From: Candidatus Woesearchaeota archaeon | GTDB lineage: Archaea > Nanobdellota > Nanobdellia > Pacearchaeales > GW2011-AR1 | Length of the DNA stretch: 64,000 bases | Reading direction: 5' to 3' | Assembly: GCA_964355745.1 (NCBI GenBank) | Contig: CAYHEN010000001.1 | Coordinates: forward strand, 17 to 64,016 | Shown: positions 57,897 through 64,000 of the stretch, piece by piece | Layout of the letters: each line of letters starts with the position of its first letter | Numbering within the stretch: the first letter of the stretch is position 1 | The notes under the pieces: model-generated | What the model saw: the letters and a program-made list of their open reading frames with translations, nothing else | Database searches by the model: none | What the model was told of the DNA's origin: nothing | Made by a program: the position numbers and the translations under genes

Positions 57897-57988
57897 AGAG
57901 CATGTTCGCGAAACTTCAATATCGCCCTTGATTTTGAGCGAGCGTGCGAACAATACTTAAAATACAATTAATTTTCTATATAAAAAGC

Positions 57989-57998
57989 TTTATAAATA
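57989..57998 (+). promoter_or_regulatory. TATA box (TTTATAAATA) about 25 nt upstream of the 5S rRNA 5' end
   Basis: Archaeal TATA-box consensus at the canonical distance from the mature 5S end. Confidence 0.35.
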
Positions 57999-58017
57999 AC
58001 ACCTCTTCTATAAAATT

Positions 58018-58133
58018 GAAGACGGCCATAATAGGTTGGAAACACCTGTTCCCTTTCCGAACACAGAAGTTAAGCTTCCTATGTTGACTGTGTTAGTGCC
58101 CGACAAGGCGCCAAGCAATCAAGCTGTCTTCTT
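58018..58133 (+). rRNA. rrf: 5S ribosomal RNA
   Basis: GAAGACGGCCATAATAGG...CCCTTTCCGAACACAGAAGTTAAGC...AAGCTGTCTTC. Conserved 5S segments, and a 9-bp helix I closing the ends (GAAGACGGC / GCTGTCTTC). T-run follows. Confidence 0.75.
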
Positions 58134-58370
58134 TGAATCTTGATAAGAATTACTTAACGTTTTCCCTTTTTCATATAAAGAAATCTCTAACAGAGCATCA
58201 TCAACTATTTCAGGAGAGAGATATTGCCTTCCAAGTTTATTGGTTCTAGTTTTATCATACGTCTCAACAATCCTTCTTGCTCGCCAATATTCCCCATCTT
58301 CAAAAAAAAATCTCTCGACTCTTCCGACAAATGTCTTAACTTTTCCAACAAAAACATCCAAGCTTTTCAC
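58119..58370 (-). CDS. Possible small protein (~83 aa, GTG start), PRC-barrel-like?
   Basis: The track ORF 58119-58496 overlaps the 5S 3' end and rnp4. Only the C-terminal 83 codons (VKSLDVFVGKVKTFVGRVERFFFEDGEYWRARRIV...) look protein-like. In-frame GTG at 58368-58370 sits 25 nt from the TATA at 58391-58400. Confidence 0.3.
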   Translation of the reverse strand: MKSLDVFVGKVKTFVGRVERFFFEDGEYWRARRIVETYDKTRTNKLGRQYLSPEIVDDALLEISLYEKGKTLSNSYQDSKKTA

Positions 58371-58390
58371 AAATAATAATATATCCAGAA

Positions 58391-58400
58391 CTTTATAAAG
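58391..58400. promoter_or_regulatory. Near-palindromic TATA box (CTTTATAAAG) positioned for divergent leaderless transcription
   Basis: 25 nt upstream of rnp4 ATG (58421) on + and 25 nt upstream of GTG (58370) on -. Confidence 0.3.
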
Positions 58401-58420
58401 ATTTGTTGCTTTTAATGGAT

Positions 58421-58672
58421 ATGAAAAAGATTTCAAAGACAGAAGCTGAAGAAAAGATAAAAAAATTCTTTGAGAATATTGAAAATAAATCTCCAAGAGA
58501 TATTAAAAAAATGAAAAAATTAGCAATGAGTCATAATCTTCAGTTAAAAGGATTAAGAAAAAAATTCTGCAAGAAATGTTTCAGTCCAGATTTGAAAATA
58601 AGGGGTATAAAAAAGAAAATAAAAACAGTTGAGTGTAAAAGTTGTGGAAATTTAATGAGATGGGGAATTTAA
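58421..58672 (+). CDS. rnp4: RNase P protein subunit Rpp21/Rpr2 (Zn-ribbon)
   Basis: KIKKFFENIE...RDIKKMKKLAMSHNL...KKFCKKCFSPDL...VECKSCGN. Rpr2 family layout, a basic helix then a CxxC...CxxC ribbon. The track ORF starts at TTG 58403. ATG at 58421 fits a leaderless start. Confidence 0.6.
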   Translation: MKKISKTEAEEKIKKFFENIENKSPRDIKKMKKLAMSHNLQLKGLRKKFCKKCFSPDLKIRGIKKKIKTVECKSCGNLMRWGI

Positions 58673-58675
58673 AGA

Positions 58676-58873
58676 TTAAGATTTTTTGAATTTTCCAACA
58701 AGTTCAATCAAATCTGTTTGCCCTAAAAACATACTTCTGCAACAGGCTCTTTCCAAACCAAGCTCATCCATTACTTTTTTGGGATTTTCTCCACTAGAAG
58801 TTCTTTTCTTGTACTCTCCCCAAAGGTGTCCTATTGGCTTTCCGCAACTGAAACAACGAACTGGAATTATCAT
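58676..58873 (-). CDS. rpoN: DNA-directed RNA polymerase subunit N (Rpo10)
   Basis: MIIPVRCFSCGKPIGHLW..Y...CCRSMFL is the canonical RpoN/Rpb10 sequence. Confidence 0.8.
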   Translation of the reverse strand: MIIPVRCFSCGKPIGHLWGEYKKRTSSGENPKKVMDELGLERACCRSMFLGQTDLIELVGKFKKS

Positions 58874-58962
58874 AATATTATGCCTTATTTTTGGTTTATA
58901 AAACTTTGTAAGTAGATCAATTACACAAGATTTAAATAAATCCCAACACGGTTGGAGACAGG

Positions 58963-59162
58963 ATGAAAAACGACAATATAATTGAATTAAAAAATGTTTG
59001 CAGATATTATCAATTAGGAAATGTGAAAATAAAAGCCCTTTGTGATGTAGATTTACAGATTAAAAGAGGAGATTTTCTTTCTTAATCGGTACACTTTCGG
59101 GGGTGCTTCCTGCAATGCAGGCAGCAAAATTAAATCCTGCTGATGCACTCAGATATGAGTGA
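58963..59162 (+). pseudogene. Deletion remnant of a MacB/LolD-type ABC transporter (ATPase N-terminus joined to FtsX-permease C-terminus)
   Basis: ATG 58963: MKNDNIIELKNVCRYYQLGNVKIKALCDVDLQIKRGDFLS then TAA, the start of an ABC ATPase up to just before the Walker A. From 59085 in another frame: IGTLSGVLPAMQAAKLNPADALRYE then TGA, the conserved FtsX permease C-terminus. About 600 codons missing between. Confidence 0.5.
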
Positions 59163-59223
59163 GTAGAGAATAAAAATATTTAAAAACTAACTTTATTTTT
59201 CAAGATGACTAAAAGGTGAAAAA

Positions 59224-59445
59224 ATGAGGAAATGTATTTTTTGTGGGAAAGAGAAAGTCCATGAAGATGCAGTAATGGATTTCTGCGATGATTGTGGGAT
59301 AAGGGTTTGGGGCCCTAAGATGTTTGCCACAATAAAGGCTAATTATACTAAAGCGAGAGATGAAGATGATTTGATTCATATGGACACTAGTTCTACTTTG
59401 AAGACATTAAGAGGAGATTCTCAAAGGGCCAGGAAAATTACATAA
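59224..59445 (+). CDS. Small zinc-ribbon protein
   Basis: CIFCGK...CDDCG C4 ribbon. 73 aa. Confidence 0.4.
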   Translation: MRKCIFCGKEKVHEDAVMDFCDDCGIRVWGPKMFATIKANYTKARDEDDLIHMDTSSTLKTLRGDSQRARKIT

Positions 59446-59483
59446 TAAGATAGTTTTTTAAATGAAATATTTCTGAATAATTT

Positions 59484-59747
59484 ATGGTAAACAAAAAGCC
59501 TATTAGGACTCGAGGAAAATTACAGCTTAGTAGGTACTTTCAGGAACTAAATGAAGGAGATTTTGTAGCCGTATCTAGAGAGCAATCTCTTCCCATAAAT
59601 TTCCCAAAAAGGTTTCAGGGGCTTACAGGACAAGTTGAAGGTAAGAGAGGAAGTGTTTATATTGTAAAAATCAAGGATGGAAACCAGGAAAAGAGAATTT
59701 TAATCGCACCAATACATTTAAAAAAAATAAAACAAATTAAGAAGTAA
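59484..59747 (+). CDS. rpl21e: 50S ribosomal protein L21e
   Basis: KPIRTRGKLQLSRYFQEL...GDFVAV...GKRGSVYIV is the L21e signature. Confidence 0.8.
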   Translation: MVNKKPIRTRGKLQLSRYFQELNEGDFVAVSREQSLPINFPKRFQGLTGQVEGKRGSVYIVKIKDGNQEKRILIAPIHLKKIKQIKK

Positions 59748-59840
59748 AATGAGCAAACACGAAATCCAATTCGCAATCTCGCTGATATGGATTATACGCG
59801 AAATTGCTCACCACAAATACAAAATAGGAGATTTTGCATA

Positions 59841-60146
59841 ATGATAAAAAATAGCGAACCATTGAGCATGGCTGAAGTTATTGAATACGTCAGGAAAGGC
59901 GAGGAAAGTGAAACAGAAATAATTGGATTCATAAAAAAATTTAACAAATTAAAGGCTAAAGAAGCCATACAATTAAAACAAGAAATAGAATCTTTAAATA
60001 TTATAAAGGTAAGAGCAGAATATCTGGTAAAGATAATAGACTTGTTGCCTGAGAATTCAGAAGAATTAAACAAAATTTTTGTGGATGTCAGCTTGGATGA
60101 AGATGAAACAAAAAAAATACTTGATACAGTTAAAAAATTTAAATGA
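59841..60146 (+). CDS. rpoF: DNA-directed RNA polymerase subunit F (Rpo4), by synteny
   Basis: About 100-aa acidic helical protein between rpl21e and the DUF655 gene, the conserved archaeal L21e-RpoF-DUF655 order. Start trimmed to ATG 59841 (MIKNSEPLSMAEV). Confidence 0.5.
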   Translation: MIKNSEPLSMAEVIEYVRKGEESETEIIGFIKKFNKLKAKEAIQLKQEIESLNIIKVRAEYLVKIIDLLPENSEELNKIFVDVSLDEDETKKILDTVKKFK

Positions 60147-60688
60147 TGAAAATGGAAAAAGAAGAAAATGCAATTATATTAGATTATCTACCGAATGGGT
60201 ATCCTCTAGAAAGAAAAATGATCCCTGTAGCCCAAGCTATAGGGAAAAGAAATTTGATATTGTTAGAATTAGTTCCTAGAAGAGGGATCTCCTTGGAAGT
60301 TGGGGAAGAAGTCTATATCGGAGAAGGAAAACGGGACAAGATATATTACATTCTTGGAAGATTGCACAGGGAAAGATTAACCGAATCTGCAAAAAATCAA
60401 TTGCAGGAATTTATAGAAAAAATAGTTAAGGAAAGGGAAAAGGAATTTGTTGAGTTTTTCAACAAATCAGAAGCAATAAATAAAAGGCTTCATCAGGTTG
60501 AACTGCTTCCTGGATTTGGAAAGAGACATATGCACGAAATATTAAATCAAAGGAAAGAAAAAGATTTTGTGTCTTTTGAAGACATGAAGAAAAGAATACA
60601 AAATCTCCCTGATCCTGAAAAAGCAATACAAAAAAGAATATTAACTGAGTTAATAAATATTGAAAGACACAATTTATTTGTGAAATAA
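60143..60688 (+). CDS. DUF655-family RNA-binding protein (HhH), conserved archaeal neighbour of rpoF
   Basis: ILDYLPNGYP ... AIGKRNLILLELVPRRG ... LLPGFGKRHMHEIL (HhH). ATGA overlap with rpoF. Confidence 0.65.
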   Translation: MMKMEKEENAIILDYLPNGYPLERKMIPVAQAIGKRNLILLELVPRRGISLEVGEEVYIGEGKRDKIYYILGRLHRERLTESAKNQLQEFIEKIVKEREKEFVEFFNKSEAINKRLHQVELLPGFGKRHMHEILNQRKEKDFVSFEDMKKRIQNLPDPEKAIQKRILTELINIERHNLFVK

Positions 60689-60693
60689 ACCAA

Positions 60694-61191
60694 ATGGAAC
60701 AAGCACAAAGACACAAACCAGAAGAGGAAAAATATGAAGAGAAGTTAATTAGAATTCTATCAAAAGACATTGAGGGGGGCTTGAAAACCTATGTTGGGTT
60801 GACAAAAATTAAAGGGATATCCTGGAGTTTGGCGAATGCAATCTGCAAGTCACTAAAACTCGATAAAAACAGAAAAATCGGTTCTTTAAGCAAGGAAGAA
60901 ATAGAAAAAATAAATGGTTTCATAAAAAATCCGAAAATACCGGCTTATTTGTTAAACAGAAAAGTTGATTATGAAACAGGAGAAAACAAACACCTTATTG
61001 GAAGTGATTTGGAATTGCAAAAAGAAATGGATATTGGAAGATTGAAAAAAATCAAGAGCTATAAGGGATATAGACATGCTATGGGCTTGCCTTTGAGAGG
61101 ACAAAGAACAAAAAGCCATTTCAGAAAGAACAAAAAGAGGGGAGTCGGAATTAAAAAGAAAACTGTGCTTAAAAAGCAGGAAGGAAAATAA
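60694..61191 (+). CDS. rps13: 30S ribosomal protein S13
   Basis: KGISWSLANAI ... YKGYRHAMGLPLRGQRTKSHFR. Confidence 0.85.
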   Translation: MEQAQRHKPEEEKYEEKLIRILSKDIEGGLKTYVGLTKIKGISWSLANAICKSLKLDKNRKIGSLSKEEIEKINGFIKNPKIPAYLLNRKVDYETGENKHLIGSDLELQKEMDIGRLKKIKSYKGYRHAMGLPLRGQRTKSHFRKNKKRGVGIKKKTVLKKQEGK

Positions 61192-61686
61192 ATGAAAAGA
61201 AAACACAAAACCTATTCAAGACCAAAAAGACCTTTTGATAAAGCAAGAATACAGGAAGAGGGGGAGATAAAAAAGGAATTTGGGTTGAAGAATAAAAGAG
61301 AGATATGGAAAGCAGATGCAAGAATAAAATCAATAAGAGAAAAAGCAAAGAAGTTGATTTCTGCTGACGAATCTGAAAAAAGAGCCTTTTTTGAAAGATT
61401 AAAGAAAATGGGGTTCAAAGTAGATTCTATCAGTGATGTTCTTTCCCTGGACAAGAGAGATTATTTGAAAAGAAGGTTACAAACTGTTCTTGTAAATAAG
61501 AGGATGGCTCATACTCTAAAGGGGGCAAGGCAATTGATAACCCATAAAAAAGTTTTAGTTGGAGAGAACAATATAAATTCCCCGTCTTATATAGTCCAGA
61601 TTGACCTAGAAAACAAGATTACAATCAAACCAAGCAAAGAAAAAAAGAAGGTTGTTAAAGAAGCGATAGGAGTAGAAAATGAGTGA
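61192..61686 (+). CDS. rps4: 30S ribosomal protein S4
   Basis: YSRPKRPFDKARI ... LDKRDYLKRRLQTVLV ... ARQLITHKKVLV (S4 domain). Confidence 0.85.
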   Translation: MKRKHKTYSRPKRPFDKARIQEEGEIKKEFGLKNKREIWKADARIKSIREKAKKLISADESEKRAFFERLKKMGFKVDSISDVLSLDKRDYLKRRLQTVLVNKRMAHTLKGARQLITHKKVLVGENNINSPSYIVQIDLENKITIKPSKEKKKVVKEAIGVENE

Positions 61687-62164
61687 ACAAGAAATGATTG
61701 AAGAAGTTAGACAAAAGGCAGAGCCTTTAGCCAATTCATCTCTTACGAGCCAAATTAAGGAAGAAAAAAAGCCAAGAGAAAAACACGGAAAAGAAATAGA
61801 AGCTGTTGTAAATATTTATACTTCTTTCAATAACACAATCGCTCATGTTACAGACATGTCCGGAAGAACAATTGCAAAGGTAAGCGGAGGGCAGGTAACG
61901 AAACATGGAAGATTAAAAGCAAATCCAACTATTGCTATATTTATCGCAAAGAGAATTGCAGAAACCTTGAATGATTTGGGAATAAAATTTCTTTATGTAA
62001 GAATAAGAGCAAAGACGAGAAGTCCTGCGCCTGGACCAGGAGCAAATGCGATAATCAAGAGTCTGACAAGAGAAGGCTTTAAGATACTGAATATATTAGA
62101 TACTACAAGATATCCGCGTGGAGGACCTAAGAAGAAGGGCGGAAGAAGGGGCAGGAGGCCATAG
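61679..62164 (+). CDS. rps11: 30S ribosomal protein S11
   Basis: GIAHVTDMSGRTIAKVSGG ... PGPGANAIIKSL ... TRYPRGGPKKKGGRRGRRP. Confidence 0.85.
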   Translation: MSEQEMIEEVRQKAEPLANSSLTSQIKEEKKPREKHGKEIEAVVNIYTSFNNTIAHVTDMSGRTIAKVSGGQVTKHGRLKANPTIAIFIAKRIAETLNDLGIKFLYVRIRAKTRSPAPGPGANAIIKSLTREGFKILNILDTTRYPRGGPKKKGGRRGRRP

Positions 62165-62225
62165 AGTTCCAAGAGAAAAGAGACCTTAAACATAAATTTA
62201 AAAATCAAATTTGTAAGATAATAAA

Positions 62226-62948
62226 ATGAAAATAATAGATAAGAAAGACCATCAGATAACTTTCAGTACAGAGTTAGACGAAAGTTTGGCTAATGCAATA
62301 AGAAGATATGTGGATCAGATTTCTATTCTTGCTGTTGATGAAGTCGAAATCTCAAAGAATGATTCTCCATTATACGACGAGACAATTGCCCACAGAATTG
62401 GACTTGTTCCTTTAAAAATGGATAAGACAATCAGTGAAAAGAGTGTTGAGCCCATAACTCTAATCGCGAAAAAAGACGGGATAATTTATTCTGAAGAGAT
62501 GAAGGGGAAAGTAAAGCCAGTCTATGATAAAATCCCTATAACTATTTTGAAGAAAGGACAGGAATTAGAAATACTCGCTACTGCGAGAGTAGGAAAAGGA
62601 AGCAGACATTCTAAATTCTCTCCCGGATTGATGTTTTACAGAAATTTAATAAAAGTAAAAGTAGACAAAGATTGTCCAAAGGAAATTATCAACAGTTGTC
62701 CTTTGGGAGTTTTTGGATTAGAAGATGGAAAGGTTGCAGTTATCGATGAAAACAAATGCGATATGTGTGAAATGTGTGTTGATATGGCAAGAAAAATGGG
62801 TAAAAACTCTATTGAATTAACACCAACAGGAGAATTAGTTATTACAATAGAATCTTTCGGGCAAATAGATGAAAAAGAAATTTTCAAGAGAGCAATCGAA
62901 ATATTACAGGATGATTTGAAAGAAGTTTCTAAAAAGATTTCTAAATAA
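62226..62948 (+). CDS. rpoD: DNA-directed RNA polymerase subunit D (Rpo3)
   Basis: ANAIRRY ... HRIGLVPL ... CPLGVF ... CDMCEMCVDMA (archaeal RpoD 4Fe-4S-like Cys motif). Confidence 0.85.
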   Translation: MKIIDKKDHQITFSTELDESLANAIRRYVDQISILAVDEVEISKNDSPLYDETIAHRIGLVPLKMDKTISEKSVEPITLIAKKDGIIYSEEMKGKVKPVYDKIPITILKKGQELEILATARVGKGSRHSKFSPGLMFYRNLIKVKVDKDCPKEIINSCPLGVFGLEDGKVAVIDENKCDMCEMCVDMARKMGKNSIELTPTGELVITIESFGQIDEKEIFKRAIEILQDDLKEVSKKISK

Positions 62949-62991
62949 GAATTATAAAGATTTTTATATAATTGATTTGTCCTATTTTTAA

Positions 62992-63075
62992 GCGGGAATG
63001 CCGGAGCGGTCAAACGGGACAGACTCAAAATCTGTTGGCTCAGTGCCTACATAGGTTCGAATCCTATTTCCCGCA
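62992..63075 (+). tRNA. tRNA-Leu (anticodon CAA), type II
   Basis: GCGGGAATGCCGGAGCGGTCAAACGGGACAGACTCAAAATCTGTTGGCTCAGTGCCTACATAGGTTCGAATCCTATTTCCCGCA. 7-bp acceptor, loop CTCAAAA, long variable arm, TTCGAAT T-loop. Confidence 0.8.
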
Positions 63076-63084
63076 TAAATTAAC

Positions 63085-63420
63085 ATGACAAAAACAGTTG
63101 AAACTATCACTGCAAAAATATATTTAGGATTAAGGGAAGGATATACAAGCAATATCCATAGTATTGATGAACTTAAAACTTTTTTACAAGAGTATATCAA
63201 TAGAGTTGGATTATGTGTAACAGTAACTCCAACAACTTTTCTTTATAAAGACGGAAAAGAAGAGGGGGTTATAATTGGATTAATAAATTATCCGAGATTT
63301 CCAACAACTAAAGAAAAATTAAAAAATACTACAGCAGAAATTGCACAACTCTGTAAAAATAAATATAAACAGAACAGGGTATCTATAGAATATCAAGAAG
63401 AAACAGTCATGATAGAATAA
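63085..63420 (+). CDS. Hypothetical protein (111 aa) inserted between rpoD and rpl18e
   Basis: ORF with local codon usage. No recognisable motif. Confidence 0.4.
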   Translation: MTKTVETITAKIYLGLREGYTSNIHSIDELKTFLQEYINRVGLCVTVTPTTFLYKDGKEEGVIIGLINYPRFPTTKEKLKNTTAEIAQLCKNKYKQNRVSIEYQEETVMIE

Positions 63421-63463
63421 AGAAACTAAACTTTTATAAACCATAATTCTCTTAAATTTTTAC

Positions 63464-63513
63464 CTGCGAGTTAACGCGCATAGCGGGTGAATACATATTC
63501 ACTATTTCTCGCA
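63464..63513 (+). promoter_or_regulatory. Compound hairpin in the rpl18e 5' leader (CTGCGAG...GTGAATA-ca-TATTCAC...CTCGCA), with TATA-like TTTATAAA about 25 nt upstream
   Basis: Inner perfect 7-bp inverted repeat (63487-63502) nested in an outer 6-bp pair (63465-63470 / 63508-63513). TTTATAAA at ~63434-63441. Confidence 0.3.
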
Positions 63514-63521
63514 AAAACCAA

Positions 63522-63890
63522 ATGAAAAGCAAAACATCAATAGAAAAACAATTAGAAAAGAAAACAAATCCACAATTAGTTAAAACTATAATTGAAGCCA
63601 AGAAAAAAAAGAACTGGCTTGAAGTTGCTGCAGTTCTTTCAAGTCCAAGAGCGAAAAGAATAAACATGAATCTTGACAAAATAAATGAAGAGGCTAAAGA
63701 TGGGGAGATTGTTGTTGTTGCTGGAAAGGTTTTATCCCAAGGACAGCTAAACAAAAAGATTAAAATAGTTGCTCTAAGTTTTTCTGAAATGGCAAAGGAA
63801 AAAATATCAAAAGCAAAAGGAGAAGCCATGACAATATTGGAAGAAATTAAAAAAAATCCTGAGGCAAAAAATGTGAGGTTTTTGAAATGA
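63522..63890 (+). CDS. rpl18e: 50S ribosomal protein L18e
   Basis: LSSPRAKR ... GEIVVVAGKVLSQG ... KIKIVALSFSEMAKEKI is the L18e pattern. Confidence 0.75.
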   Translation: MKSKTSIEKQLEKKTNPQLVKTIIEAKKKKNWLEVAAVLSSPRAKRINMNLDKINEEAKDGEIVVVAGKVLSQGQLNKKIKIVALSFSEMAKEKISKAKGEAMTILEEIKKNPEAKNVRFLK

Positions 63891-64000
63891 AAGTCATAGA
63901 CGGAAAAGATGCAATCTTAGGAAGGTTAGCAAGTTATGCTGCAAAAGAAGCGCTTAAAGGAGAAGATATTGCAATTATAAATTGCGAGCAGATAATGATA
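63888..64000 (+). CDS. rpl13: 50S ribosomal protein L13, N-terminal fragment (continues past window end)
   Basis: MKVIDGKDAILGRLASYAAKEALKGEDIAIINCEQ is the L13 N-terminus. Follows L18e as in the archaeal cluster. Confidence 0.7.

Noticed and set aside
57903-57950. Inverted repeat TGTTCGC...(33 nt)...GCGAACA between tRNA-Leu and 5S
   Set aside because: Only a 7-bp stem with a long loop, in an A/T-poor patch that is also the shared upstream region of two RNA genes. Could be a processing or BRE-like element but there is too little evidence to annotate.
58371-58496. Upstream part of track ORF 58119-58496 (MEIYFQYSQRIFLSF...)
   Set aside because: Overlaps the rnp4 coding start and its promoter. 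Low-complexity sequence. Only the downstream part from GTG 58370 was kept, with low confidence.
1-64000. CRISPR arrays, transposases, integrases, toxin-antitoxin or other defence modules
   Set aside because: No direct-repeat/spacer periodicity, no DDE/tyrosine-recombinase-like ORFs, and no nuclease, helicase or ATPase genes typical of defence systems were seen on either strand.

Overview
AT-rich archaeal contig, probably from a small-genome DPANN-type archaeon. The archaeal call rests on rpl21e, rpl18e, rpoD/rpoN/rpoF, RNase P Rpp21, the S13-S4-S11-RpoD-L18e-L13 cluster and an intron-containing tRNA. Positions ~750-53,700 form one very large cell-surface glycan biosynthesis island. It holds 8 glycosyltransferases (GT2, GT4, GT9, GT-C), a Wzx flippase, two NDP-sugar epimerases, several sugar-phosphate nucleotidyltransferases, 5 SAM methyltransferases, and bacterial-type ADP-heptose genes (hldE, gmhB, two GT9 heptosyltransferases). 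It also holds 12 radical SAM (rSAM) enzymes: 7 cobalamin (B12)-binding-domain proteins and 5 SPASM/twitch-type proteins. One of the SPASM-type proteins is fused to the pyrimidine-binding half of a split TPP-dependent E1/transketolase-like enzyme. A RuBisCO-like protein sits next to a GHMP-kinase::nucleotidyltransferase fusion. The right flank carries secF-secD, a VOC protein, tRNA-Gly, an intron-containing tRNA-Arg, tRNA-Leu, 5S rRNA, Rpp21, rpoN, a deletion remnant of a MacB-type ABC transporter, and the conserved archaeal r-protein/RNAP cluster with an inserted tRNA-Leu. No CRISPR array, transposase or integrase was seen. All calls come from reading motifs in the translated ORFs; no database search was possible. 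Coordinates I derived by hand (RNA genes, trimmed starts) may be off by 1.
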